Assembly: GCF_963921235.1 (NCBI RefSeq)
Contig: NC_086108.1
Span: forward strand, 26,412,001 to 26,476,000
Length of the DNA stretch: 64,000 nucleotides
Source: Mobula hypostoma
Lineage: Eukaryota
Direction of reading: 5' to 3'
A model generated the notes under the pieces. The model had not been told where the DNA came from. It was given only the letters and a program-made list of their open reading frames with translations, and made no database searches. Below are positions 26,444 through 39,299 of this stretch, piece by piece. Position 1 is the stretch's first letter. Every line of letters begins with the position of its first letter. The position numbers and the translations under genes were made by a program.

Positions 26444-26592
26444 CTCCCACTGGTACAAACTTCAGAACATCATCTCCCACTACTGCAAGCTTTTAAACAT
26501 CATCTCCCACTGGTATAAACTTCAGAACATTATCTCCCACTGGTACAAACTTCAGAACATCATCTCCCACTAGTACAAACTTCACAACATCA
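26444..26592. repeat. Minisatellite, 30-bp unit x5
   Basis: Unit CTCCCACTGGTACAAACTTCAGAACATCAT; the second copy is divergent. Confidence 0.92.
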
Positions 26593-27954
26593 GGATGAAC
26601 AATTCTTTGTTTTCCTCTGGTTCCAAAACAGCTAGAATTCTGATATCCAGTTGTTGTTTTAAGAATTAAAAGCAATTTCACCTCAGAGGGATTTAAACAG
26701 TACTTTGCCTTTTTGACATTTATCTTCCTCTGTCTTAAATCTTCCTATTTATTTTGCCTTCTGTATCTGATCTGGCACTGAGTTAAGTATTCCAAGTGGA
26801 ATTTCCTGCCAAGTTCATAATAAGTTTTGCAATTTGATTGGTTCGGGAGTCATGCAGGTTCATTACACATTCTCACCAGTCTCAGATGCCTATAGGGGAA
26901 GCTGCAAATTTTGAAAAAGCTGATTAAACATAAGATGTAAAACCAGGGGAGGTAATTTGATACCCCATCACAACTTTTCCATAAAGTAAATTATGGCAGC
27001 TGGTCTTTACCTCAATGTCGCCTTCATGCATTAATCCCACATCCCTTGATTCATTTAATATTTTAAAAATCTATTTCAGATGCAGCTGCAAATACCAATG
27101 TACTTTTAAAGATATAGGAAGAGATGTACAATTGCAATATTGGCTACTTTCCCTGAGTGACTCAATACCTTTATATAATAACTCTGGGATTAGTGCCCTG
27201 ACATATATGCATTCATCAACAGAGCCAAAAAGATCATTAATCTTTCACCTGAACATTTTTCCTAAATAAATTACTTAGGTTTATCACTCACTTTGTGCCA
27301 TAGAGATACTAGATTCTTGGACCCTTCGTAAATTTGCATTTCATGTCTTCTGTTGCATGAATTAGATAAATCTTCAGCTGAATCTTTTTCTGAATTTTTT
27401 TTTCTCCAATTTCCACCTCCTGGAGCATATATTCTCTGGTGCATCTCTTCTCGTCAAAAATATACTTCCCAAATGTAGAGCAATGGAAATACGGCAAAGG
27501 AATGAGCACATCAGATTTAAAGCAGCACACTTCAGCTTTTTTGAGGAAGTTATATAATATAGGATATGAAATTTTGTGAACTTTTATGCTGTTTCATAAA
27601 ATATGGTATTGAAAACTACCATTCCCGGGAAAACTGGTCATAGACATGCACTGCTCTCATCAGTATGCAGTATGGTGAGTTCCGTCGGTTTGCTGTGATT
27701 TTGCAATGTAGCTGTACATCTTAAGTGTAAGGACTGAGTTTGGCACATGTTTTAACACCCAATATTAGTTTTACTGTAAAGCAGATTACTTCATACAAAT
27801 GTAAGTGTTTTGCATGGCTTTTTGAAGATTTTTAAAATATTAAGTATTGTTTAATGACACATGGTAGTCTAGGCATTCACTATTTGAGATGTAGACTTTC
27901 TGTGATATAATTGTTTTTACCTGTATAAATAAAATTGGAATGGATTGCTACTTT

Positions 27955-29310
27955 ATAGATCACAGAACAGTACAGAACAGGCCTTTTGGTCAACCATTCC
28001 TTTATTGACCATGAAACAACTTTAAACTAATCCCATCAGGTCCATATCCCTCTGTTCCTTATATGTTTCTGTATTGATCAAAATGCATTTTAACTGTTGT
28101 TATTGAATTTTCTTCTACCACTCCTCTGGCACCATGTTCCACATACCTATTATTCTCTGTGTAAACAATAGCACTTGCCTCATAAACGTATTATAAACTT
28201 TTACCTTAAAGTATTTGACATTTCCACTTTGACAATGCCAAAAAGTATTTGACATTTCCACTCTGTGGAAAATAGTGTCAACACATCACAGACTATTTTA
28301 TTAATATAGAGAGAGAAGCATTGCATTCTAAAATGTGAACCATTCATTCTGGCTGGTGGGAGATTTTAGATGAAAATTATTATAAACAAAAAAAGCAGAT
28401 GTTGAAAATTTGAAATAAAAATTGAATACATTGGAGACGTTTTGCAGATCAGATACAATTTGTGGGGAGAGAGACCAAGTTAATATTTCTGTTAAAAGAC
28501 TCAATCAGGAGGACCTAATCGGAACCATAACTTTGCTCCTCTTCGCACAGATGCCACCTTACCTAATGGATGATATTATGTTTGTGGTCACACAACTCTA
28601 CAGGCATAGAACGTGGAACATAGAACAGCACAGCATAGGAACAGGCTCTTCAGCTCATGATGTCTGCACTATACATGATGCTAATTAAACTAAATCTCTT
28701 CCGCATGACCATGATCAATTTCCCTCCTCTTCCAGCATATCCATGAGTCTATCTAACAGCCTCTGTAGTGCCACCATCCTATTTGCTTTCATCACTACCA
28801 GTGGGTGTCCATAACTGGTGCCTGTCACACTGTGTAAAAGAACTTGTACTGCATGTCTCCTTTAAATTAGCATCTTCTCACCTGAAATGGATGTCTTCAA
28901 GTACTTGACATTCCCACTCTTGGAAAACAATTCTGATTTTCTTCCCAATCTATGCCTCTCACAATCTTATAAGCTAATACCAGCTCTCTCCTTAACCTCC
29001 AGAAAACAAGCCAAGTTTGTCCAACCTCTTTGTATGACTCAAAGGCTCTAATTCAGGCAGCATCCTAGTAAACTTCTTCTGTACCCTTCTCAAAATAATC
29101 TATATTCTTCCTGTAATTTCTAGAATTGCACACAATACTCCAGGTTCAGCCGAACCAAGGTTTGACATAACTGCAAAATGACTTCCTTTCTGTTACACAC
29201 AATGTTCCCTCCTCCAAAGGTAAAAATTCCACAGGTCTTCCTATCTTCCCTATCTATCTCTGTGACCCCTTTCATGGAACTATGGATTTAGGCTCAAGGA
29301 TCCTACTGTA
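27955..29310 (-). mobile_element. Cluster of decayed CR1 3' ends (~27955-28270 and ~28605-29310) with a Penelope remnant between
   Basis: CATAGAAC...ACAGCACAG...ACAGGC tails followed by antisense CR1 ORF2-like sequence. Confidence 0.6.
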
Positions 29311-29867
29311 TTGATTAACATACAACTTAATTTCACTTTGAAAAAGCATTACAATTTTGTGATCAATTTGTCTGCCTAGATTGCAGATTTGTGCTCAAAA
29401 TAGAAATGTCTCTACCCTTCTACAACAAAAGTTTTCTTTAGTACTCGAGCTTTCAGGGATTTGTTGGAGAGATCTGCTCAGATACAAAGTAAATTTAATC
29501 TCAGCCATATACGAGTACAATCAGTTCAAACCCCACCCAAACTCAAAGACATACACATCTTTTCTTGATACTTGAGCTGAATCTGACACTAGTGTGTATT
29601 TATTATACATGTATAAGCTTTGTATGAAATATATACAGTTGAATGTGTATAACTGACAGCTGGTCTACTCCAAGCCACAAGGAGTCATCATGCTTATGGA
29701 AGGTTATTTTAAGTCTTTGTTTTGAGATTTGGTGAGGCCATTTTGGTTGATCTCTGTAAAGGTTGTGTTTGCAAACATGAAAAGTGAGCAGGCTTCAAAA
29801 AAAACAATCAAATTCCCTGAAGGCTGAAACTCAAACTTTTTTGTATGCTAAGGTATATTCCAGTCTT

Positions 29868-31123
29868 TGTCATAAGGAGGTGGCTAGGAACAAACCCAAG
29901 TGCAAGACACAGACACTGAAGGACTAGGGACAGGACTAGGAGACAGGGTGAGAGCAACGGCATGGACACGAAAACCGGGAACCTGGAACAGGACTGGACA
30001 AGAGAGCTTGGAGCCCGGGCTTGGACTGCGAGCCAGAGTCTGGACACGGACCCAGTACCTGGGTCTTGCCTCTGGCTTGGACCCCAGAACTAGGCAAGGA
30101 TGAGGCTTGGCTGGCAGGCAGGACGAGTCTGGAGTCTTAAGGCTTGAGGTGAGGCTTTGCAGGAGGCAGGAGACTTGAGGCGAACATTGGCAGGTTGCAA
30201 GAGACTTGAGGTGAGGCTTGGCAGGAGGCAGGAGACTAGAGTCTTCAGGCTTGAGGCTAGAGACTTGAGGCGAGGCTTGGCAGGAGGCAGGAGGCTGGAG
30301 TCTTCAGGCTTGAGGCTAGGCAGGAGGATGGAGTCTTCAGGCTTGAGGCCAGGTCGGAGGCTGGAGTCTTCAGGCTTGAGGCTAAGCAGGAGGCTGGAGT
30401 CTGCAGGCTTGAGGCCAGAGACCAGAGGCGAGCCTTGGCAGGAAGCAGGAGGCAGGAGGCTGGAGGCTGGAGTCTTCAGGCTTGAGGCTAGAGGCTAGAG
30501 ACTTGAGGTGAGGCAGGCTCCTCCTGGGCAGGGCACGGTACTCCTCCTGATGGAGGCTTGGGACAAGAAGGGACAGAACCAACCACAGGTAACGGCGATA
30601 CGGCCTGGCTTACCCAACGGAGGCAAGGGTTAGGAAGGGACAGAACCAACTGTAGGTAACGGCAATACGGCCTGACTTACCCAACGGAGACTAGGGAGAG
30701 GAAGGGACAGAACCAACCGCAGGGTAATGGCAAGACAGCCTGACTTATCCAGCTGAGGCAAGGGACAGGAAGGGAGCTAGGTACGGGGTGGCTCCAGGAC
30801 AAAACAGCAAGACAAGGCAAGGCTTCAGGCAATGCAAAGCAAGACAGAACTTCAGGCGAGGCGAGAGTTACCGGCAAGACAAGGCAGGGCTTCGGGCGAA
30901 GAAACAGAAGGCAGGGGAAGGAATACAAGGAGTAAGGACAAGAACAATCCAGCAGCCACGCCCTGGTCTATGAAGGTATTTATGCAGCCAGCTCCAACGA
31001 GCATCAGCTGCCTCAATTAGAGTTCAACAAGAACAGAAACAGGATAGGCAGGAAAACCTGGAGCAAGGGTCGATGGACCGGACCGTGAACCGGAATACGG
31101 ACTTCACAGACCAGACCATGACA
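29868..31123 (-). mobile_element. Solo LTR (Gypsy-like), 1256 bp, with internal 33-bp and 67-bp tandem repeats
   Basis: Termini TGTCAT...ATGACA; 5-bp flanks GTCTT/GTCCT (one mismatch). TATA-like CATAAATA on the minus strand at ~30977-30984. No coding remnants recognised. Confidence 0.78.
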
Positions 31124-31155
31124 GTCCTTCAGGATCATGGAGCCAAGCTCTAGAG

Positions 31156-31235
31156 CAGGGGTTCCCTACCTGGGATCCATGGAGCCCTCGGTTAGTGGTA
31201 AGGATCCATGGCGTAAAAAAGGTCAGGAACCCCTG
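31156..31235. mobile_element. 80-bp hAT-Charlie MITE
   Basis: CAGGGGTTCC...GGAACCCCTG; TSD CTCTAGAG/TTCTAGAG. Confidence 0.88.
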
Positions 31236-32794
31236 TTCTAGAGTGAAACTATAAACTGAGAATGAGAATCACTTCTTTTACCACCCGCACCCTGCCTTTT
31301 GTTGGTGGACAGTTGACCTCACTGTATCCCATATGACTAGGCCAAAATAAAATTATTTATCAATTATTGTCCAGCTCAATTTGATTTGACTTTGAACTGT
31401 TATTTGTTAGATATCTGACACATAGGTCAACATGTATATTCATGTACCATACAAGTCACTAGGCTCTGACTTACTGTAAAAAGTACGAATAATACCTCCT
31501 TAATTTCCAAAATCCCTTGATTCTTTTGACTAATCTGAGTGAAAGAGTTTAGTGTTTCCAGTGTCGATAACTTCACGTAGCTATCATCTCTGCTAAATAA
31601 ATATCACTGAAGCATCAGAATGCAGGTGTGCCAAATAACCTTTTCAAGCACAAACTTATGAATAATTTGGTAGCAATGTGACTGAAGAGAGGATGACAGG
31701 ACATTTTTACATACTCATCAATAACGTCCCTAGATCTGTTGTTCTGTTGCTTTGTCACCCAAACGACATGTACTGGAATACAAGCCATTAATGTTCAATT
31801 AGTGGGAGGCCTTTCCTTTATTAGGGCTCAGTCTGACTACAAACTATATTTTCAGATCATATTCATAACATTATCTTACTTGGTATTGTTCAAGGAAACA
31901 GTAAAGAAAGCAAATATTGAAATTTAGATGTAAAATGCTGCCTTAACAGATGAGTTTTTCATGGCATCATGGAATTATTTTGCACTCATTGCCAATCTCT
32001 TGCATTCACTTTAAAAACAGTGAACAAAGGCATTTCAACTGTTGAAAAAGAAGTTGGTTACAAAATTGGCACAATCCTTTTTCTAAAGCATTTGAAGGTA
32101 TAGTCTAGAACTGCCCTGACCCTTTCTAATTTGGCTGTTGCATCCATCAGATCAAACCTTTTTCTTTCCCGTCTATTCAGTAGATGTTGCTGCTGCTCTT
32201 TATGGTTTAAGCCTTTGATTAAAGATTCTAGAGTTATTTAACATATCACGTTCCAAATTTGCTGAGTGAGATGGATCCAGATTCTTTGTTTTTGTGGTAT
32301 TTTGGCCAATAACTTACTCATAATGTTACATTAAGAGATTAATGATTCAAATTGCTTTCTGTTCCGTTTCTAATTTTACAAGTTACATAACACACAATAT
32401 TAACACAATTTCTATCCAGATAGTTCTTTCAAACACATAGCTAGCTGTAGGGTAATATGATGAAATTGCAGTATTCATGGTTTAACATTTAGGAAGAAAT
32501 TATGATTCTTTACACTTTTACTGAAATAATATCTTGGCTTGCAGAAATCCTCAACAAAGCCGAACTGTTAATGCATATACCTCACCATCTTTGAGAAGAT
32601 GATATTCCACACTATTGTGAAACTTATAGGAGTTTGGTGAAGAGACAATGATCCTGTTGGATAAGAATTACAAAGAACATGACACAGATGATAAAAGATT
32701 TGTATTGTATTTCCAAATGAAGATGAAACTTAAAAGAGATAGGAACCTGTAGATGTCAGTGTTCCCTTACACCTGCTGTCCTTGCTCTTCTTAG

Positions 32795-33015
32795 TCCATA
32801 AGACACAGGAGTAGAATTGGGCCATTTGGCCCATCAAGTCTGCTCCACCATTCTATCTTGGCTGACTTATTGTCCCTCTCAATCCCATTCTCCTGCCTTC
32901 TCCCCATGATGTTTGACACCCTTACTATCAAAACCCTATCAACCTCTGCTTTCAGTATACCCAAAGACTTGACTTCCGCAGCCATTCATGGCAATGAGTT
33001 CCAAAATTCTTCACC
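32795..33015 (-). mobile_element. CR1 3' end
   Basis: CATAAGACACAGGAGTAGAATTGGGCCATTTGGCCCATC... matches the antisense CR1 3' UTR; minus peptide SLGILKAEVDRVL. Confidence 0.8.
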
Positions 33016-35714
33016 TTTTCTTGGAATTGAAGTTGCGAGTTTGGGAGGGATTGTTGAGCTTTTGAACTGCATTTTGTGGTTGGTTCATATGTCAGCCATG
33101 AAGAGGTTGTGATGGAGCAATGGATATTTAGGGTGGTGCCATTAATAGTTTCAAACTTCTTGAGTTTTGCCAGAGACATGCTCATTCCAGTAAGAATAAC
33201 CTATTATGCTTCTTATGCCTTATAGAAGATCAAAAACTTCATGGAATCTGGAGGTAAGGCTTTATTGCAGCCTCCTACGGTCACAGTGGCTACTCTAGTT
33301 ATATTACTGATTAATGATCACCAACAAAATTTGGGGTTTTTTGGCATTGCCAATGTTATCAATTATTACAAGGAGTGGTAAGTCTTTCTCCTTGTTGATA
33401 CTTAAGGCAAGATACTTGATGCAGCATAAAATAATAATGGCCACTTATCCTTCCAGCCTAAATGTTCTACAGGTCTTGCTGCAAATGGTACAGATGCATT
33501 ATAAAAGGAGCTGAGAATAGAACTGAAGAAAATTATTTGGAAACATTAGAAAGTCATTGATGGAGGCAAAGGAAATGATGGCTCGGGGCATTGCTGTGCC
33601 TTGGGATAATATTTTGGGTTTACAGCAATGAGCCTCCAACCAACAAAGCCTTTTTTTTTCGTTGAATGATGACTCCAGCCAGAGGAAAGCTTTCCTCTTG
33701 GTTACCACTAATTTTAGTTTTACCAGGGCTCCCAACAAGGAATTTCTAATAGTCATAAAAAACTTCTTTACTTTGTCACGTTTGTAGCTCCAGTGTCACT
33801 AGAGGATTTTGCTTATATATTTTTTCATTTCATTTTATTCAGAACCACCCTCCAAATTTGACTTGCACTTCAGGTCTTTATGTAAGCTTTGCTGATCATG
33901 AGAAACAAACATTCTGCATGAACCATTTAGGTTATCAAATAGAAGGGGTTCCTCAGTTCCCATTCTGCAGGTTGGTTGAAGTGTTATTTGGTATTGATGG
34001 GTAGATAAGATTTTAGTTGGTCTTGTTGGTGGATAGCTGAGGGAATTGAGTGCAATTGAAGTATTGCTTGTTATTGGAGCATAGGTAAGATATTTCCAGC
34101 TGTAAGGTGTAATTAAGGTGTTGTTTTTAACTAGAACAGAGATGTTGTGTTGCTTGTAGTTTGAGAATAAGTGGGGAGTTGGTAGTTACTGAGGCTCACC
34201 CAAGATGCTTCCCTCTTTGTGGCGTGACCCTTCCTCCATCTCTCTGACCGCAAAGAAGAACACACTCAGCTCTTCAAGCCTCTCTTACCATTCAATACAT
34301 GATGGCTGATATACCCCACATTTCAACTCTTCTTCTAACTATTTTCCCATAGTCCCCAGATGCCTGATTTTTCAACAGTGTATCTAATCCTTCTTCAGAT
34401 ACTTCATGATGGAGTCTTCATGGCACACTAGGATAGTGAATCCCAGAAATTCGCCACTTGTAAGAAGAAATTCCCATGCATCTCAGTTCTAAAGAGTGCC
34501 CTCCTATACTGAAAATGCCTCTCTTCATTTGAGAAACTGTTTTTAATGGAAATGTCTCAATTTCTACTTTACTTTGCCACTTGGAATTTCATGTAGTTCC
34601 ATAAGATTGCCCCCCCCCCCACCAAAATATCAAAGAAAACAGATCCAGATTCTTTAGGTATGATAGAACAATTACCTCTTTCAAGAATTCAAAAAAAAAT
34701 AGATCCTGGACTGCCTCCCTTGCAAGTGTATCCTTTCTCACATAAAGGAACCAAAAATGTAATTTCCTCTAAAACCTACACCCCTTCAAGATATCCATTC
34801 TTCTCCAGTCCTTTTTGCTTATAAGCATTTAATTTGAATCACCTCACAAGCACATAAGCTTGGAATTTTTAAGACCTTCTCTGCTCTTATGTTTAATCAT
34901 CATTTATATCAGGTAATTTATTGTGGAGGGGAGTTAAGTATTGCTGAAAGAGTGTGCATGGCGTGTTTGCTTTTGGATGGTAGGTGAGGAGTGATTTCAC
35001 TTGGGGCCCGGTGAGGTAAACTGTGTTAGATAAGGTTATACTGTAGTTGTACTTAGTTTACAAGACAACTCTCTTTGGAGGGAGAAAGATAATAACTACT
35101 TGCTTCTCTGCAGCAAAACATAATTGACAACTTATAATTAAAAGCACCAAACCAAACCATACTAACTTGTGGGTCATTGGAGAAGATGAAAGTCACTTAC
35201 AGTATATTTTTTGACATATTTAAGATCATGATGTGTGCTTCCAACTTAATTTTTATTAGTCCTTTTAAATGCATTATGGAAAAACATTATTGCTTCACCA
35301 GTCATTAGATGAAATTTCTTGAGCAGCATTGTTCAGCGGTTTAAGAATATATAGATACAGTGTTCACATTCCCTAGTTTAGCTCAGAGAATGGTGGGAAT
35401 GTTGTGCCACAGATTAACATTCATGTTAAGCTTTTGAACGATGTGTGCATGTGGAATTGACAGGTGTATGAAAGTAACACAATCACCAGTTTATGCTGTC
35501 AAGATTACAATGAAGCTTACGGCACAGGCTTTTATTAAAGTGTAAATTGTACATTGACTTCAGTTAAAGCAACTGCAGTATTATACACCTAGGGCCAGAA
35601 ATTTATTCATATAATTCTGGAAGAAAAATGGCATTGTGTTGTGCATTGAACATCGCTTCAAAGCAGAGGACAGATATTTTGAATCTTTTTCTGGGAGCCT
35701 TAGCTTGGTGAGAA

Positions 35715-36222
35715 ATGAGGCCACTCTCAGGTTGGAGGAACAATACGTTTATTCCGGCTGGGTAGCCTCTAAACTGATGGCATGAATATTGATTTCTTGA
35801 ACTTCTGGTAATGGCTTCCCTTCTTCACCACTCCCTATCCCCCTTTTCCTCTCTCACCTTATCTCCTTGCCTACCCATCACCTCCCTCTGGTGCTCTTTC
35901 CCCCTTTTCTCTATTCCATAGTCTTCTGTCCTCTCCTATCAGATTCTCCCTTCTCGAACCCTGTATCTGCTTCACCAATCAACTCCCCAGCTCTTTATTT
36001 CATCTCTTCTCCTCCTGGTTTCACTTATCACCGTGTGTTTCTCCCTCCCTTTCCCCACCTTTTAACTCTACTGCTCATTTTTTTTTTCCCAGTCCTGCTG
36101 AAGGGTCTCAACCCAAAACGTCGGCTGTATTCGTTTCCATAGATGCTGCCTGGCCTGCTGAGTTCCTCCAGCATTTTGTGTGTGTTGCTAGGATTTCCAG
36201 CATCAGCAGATTTTCTCTTGTT
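35715..36222 (+). mobile_element. Penelope-like element 3' end
   Basis: ATLRLEEQ...RLGSL...DGMNIDF coding remnant followed by the shared terminal segment. Confidence 0.85.
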
Positions 36223-36653
36223 TTTGGTGAAAAATTTGTCTTCTTGGTTGTTTTGGTGGAATTTTCGCACTCCGTGGAACTTTTTTCTGACATCAAACTC
36301 CCCAAGTGTCATCATCAGCAGGCCTGTGTGTGAAATTCATGGAGAAATGGAGCAGATAAACAGACCCTTAAGCCCATTAAGTCTGTGCTGACCATCAAGC
36401 ACTCATTTTTACACAGATCCTCCCCTAACTCATTTTAATTTCTTTGACTTTTCATCCCCTCAATTTCTACCACTCTTCCATACATTAGAGACATCTTACA
36501 CAGACATCCCACCTCTCCCGGAAGTTCCGGGAGTCTCCCGCATATTGATAGTGGCTCCCTGGCATCCGGAAATTATATACAATATCACGGAAATAGATTT
36601 TTTTGAGAGGGAGAGGGAGAGCGAGCATCCTGATTGGTCTCTCTTCGTGCAAA

Positions 36654-37841
36654 GAGTGGTCCCCAACCACCGGGCTGTGAGGAAATGATATGATTTGGCG
36701 ATATGAAACAATATAAGTCAGCTGCACCTTTCCTCATTCCCTGTCACGCACTGTTGAATTTTATCGCATGCGAGGTCATCAGTCGCCCAACACGTGCAAA
36801 GGAATGGGTCCGTGACCCATTTGTGAATGTCCCCAGTGAATCATCCATGTCAGCACGGGAAGAAGATCAACTCATCGAGCTTGCAAATAACGGTGGGCTG
36901 AAAAGTATGTTTGACATAACATCTCTGCCGGCATTCTGGATCAAAGTCAAGGCTAAATATCCTGAGATAGCCACGACAGCACTGATAACATTGCTTCCAT
37001 TTCCAGCATATTTCTGCGAAGCGGAGTATTCTGCAATGAATGCAACGAAAACTAAATTGCGGAATAGACTGGACATACGGAACCCCCTTCGAGTATCGCT
37101 GTCTCCCATCACCCCTCGATGGCACCGTCTTGTTGCAGGGAAACAAGCCCAGGGCTCCTACTGATTCAGCGATATTGGTGTGTTGCAAGGATTTATACGA
37201 GGAAAATATGAGCTGTGTGTTTAATATCCAAACGCTACTTAAAATGTTATGATGCTATTGACTTATAAGTGACTTATAATTCAGTGGTCCCCAACCTCCG
37301 GGCTGCGAAGAATACAGCGGTGGCCGGAAGGCACCCAGCATATCTTTAAGAAAAAATGCTGAAATAAACAAGCTAATTGATTAAGTGTTGCCCGGCATGT
37401 AAATGTCGGACTAGATCAGAGGCGATTGCCAATTGCGTCGTCTCTGATCTGGGCCGACATTTATGTGCCAGGTGGCACGTAATTAATTAGCTTGTTTATT
37501 TCGGGTTTTTTCTTAAAGATGTGCTGGGTGCGTTCTGGCTACTGCTGTACCACTGCATTCTTCGTGGCCCGGAGGTTTGGGACCACTGTTATAATTGACT
37601 TATCACTACATTCATGCGAGGAAAATATACACTGTGTGTTTAATATTAAATTTGTTAGATTAACCCCATTAGAAACAAAATTGAGTGTATTAGCCACTTA
37701 GAAGTGACTTATAGTTGACTTATCACCTATATTCTGGTCGCATTTAACACCAAACCGCACCCCCCCACCCCACCCAGGTCAACCAGTCCACAAGAATATT
37801 GTCAATATTAAACCAGTGCAAAAAAAGGTTGGGGACCCTTA
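36654..37841 (+). mobile_element. hAT-Charlie deletion derivative retaining the transposase C-terminal dimerisation region (ORF 36703-37164)
   Basis: KEWVRDPF...FWIKVKAKYPEIA..AL..LLPFP..CEA..SAM..TKTKLRNRLD...KQAQGS is the Charlie/Buster-type C-terminus. TIRs GTGGTCCCCAACC / GGTTGGGGACC. Confidence 0.9.
37282..37588. mobile_element. Almost fully palindromic Charlie MITE (307 bp)
   Basis: Arms of ~145 bp are imperfect reverse complements; perfect 8-bp TSD TTATAATT. Confidence 0.92.
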
Positions 37842-38485
37842 ATTTAAACTAGCTGGCTAGCTGACAAAGAGCTACACTATTGATGTCCTACATGATGAGG
37901 CCAAACTCCCTGAAGACTTGCTTAAATTTGTAATAGAATAAACATGATAATATAATATAAGTACATATTTTAATGTCACATGTGCTGCATATACCCAACT
38001 TGGTTTACAGATTAGACAAAATCACTAAACAAAGTATTACATACACCCTTGGAGGTCGACTGGGGAGGGCGGGAGGGATATAGGGTTGCGGGGGGCGGGG
38101 GTGCTACCTCCCTGAAATGAGCTTTTGTAGGGTGGGATGTCTGTCTTACAGCAGTCAATTAATGGCAGACCCGCATGTCTTGTGACATGGGAACAACTTG
38201 GAGCAACTAGAGGAAACCCATACCGTCACAGAGAGGACACACAGCTTCCATACAGACAGCAGCAGAGGTCAGGATTGAACCCAGGCTGCTGGGTTGCTCA
38301 GTGCTGCATCACTGGCACACATCTGCAGTGATATTTTCAACTTCCCTGGCCAGAAGTGAAATGGTATTTACTTACAGATCATCCAGGCTTACTTATTCTG
38401 TTTCACTCAACCTGTACTTGTAGACAAGCAGAGGAGATAACATCTACTGTCCTTACAGTCCATGGCTGCACAGGGCTACAGTAGG

Positions 38486-39243
38486 AAACTTTGTCACATG
38501 GTGTGAGCAGAGTTATCTGCAGCTTAATGTGAAAAAGACTAAGGAGCTGGTAGTAGACCTGAGGAGAGTTAAGTACTGGTGACCCCTGTTTCCATCCAGG
38601 GGGTCAGTGTGGACATGGTGGAGGATTACATACCTGGGGATACAAATTGACGATAAACTGGACTGGTCAAAGAACACTGATGCTGTCTACAAGAATGGTC
38701 AGAGCCATCACTATTTCCTGAGGAGACTGAGGTCCTTTAACATCTGCCGGATGCTGAGGATCTACGAGTCTATGGTGGCCAGTGTGATCATGTCTGCTGT
38801 TGTGTGCTGGGGCAGCAGGCTGAGGGTAGCAGACACCAACAGAATCAACAAACTCCTTCGTAAGGCCAGTGATGTTGTGGGGATGGAACTGGACTCTCTG
38901 ACGGTGGTGTCTGAAAAGAGGATGCTGTCCAAGTTGCATGCCATCTTGGACAATGTCCCCCATCCTCTACATAATGTACTAGTTGGGCACAGGAGTACAT
39001 TCAGCCAGAGACTCATTCCACCGAGATGCAACACAGAGCGTCATAGGAAGTCAATCCTGCCTGTGGCCATCAACTTTACAACTCTCCCTTGGAGGGTCAG
39101 ACACCCTGAGCCAATAGGCTGGTCCTGGACTTATTTCCTGGCATAATTTACATATTACTATTTAATTATTTATGGTGCAACTGTAACGAAAACCAATTTC
39201 CCCCGGGATCAATAAAGTATGACTATGACTATGACTATGACTA
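38486..39243 (+). mobile_element. Rex1/Babar LINE, 5'-truncated
   Basis: ORF 38607-39146 YLGIQIDDKLDWSKNT...YFLRRLRSFN...HPLH; AATAAA plus (GACTAT)n tail. Confidence 0.9.
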
Positions 39244-39299
39244 GTAGGCTGAGGATTCACAGGACTTGCAAGCTTGCCCAAAATTCATAGAGAGAACAT

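Larger units (their letters stand above)
36501..38143 (+). mobile_element. Non-autonomous hAT-like element with TIR CAGACATCCCACC
   Basis: CAGACATCCCACC...GGTGGGATGTCTG with TCTTACA duplicated on both sides. Same family as 61952-62579. Confidence 0.85.
36335..38320 (-). mobile_element. HE1/V-SINE-like element split by a hAT insertion (pieces ~36335-36500 and 38144-38320)
   Basis: The two pieces join into one antisense SINE (...GAGGAAACCCA...GTCACAG...CAGGATTGAACCC B-box complement). A similar SINE is at ~52430-52850. Confidence 0.72.

Noticed and set aside
26444..26592. CRISPR-like periodic repeat
   Set aside because: Units are head-to-tail with no unique spacers, the context is a eukaryotic intron, and there are no cas genes.
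30157..30498. 113-aa repetitive ORF (RRLESSGLRL units)
   Set aside because: By-product of a 33-bp tandem repeat within an LTR.
32625..32660. Possible next BRINP exon (TAG followed by GAGTTTGGT = EFG)
   Set aside because: It continues EETMIL rather than RWKVNN, and the phase does not fit the phase-2 donor.
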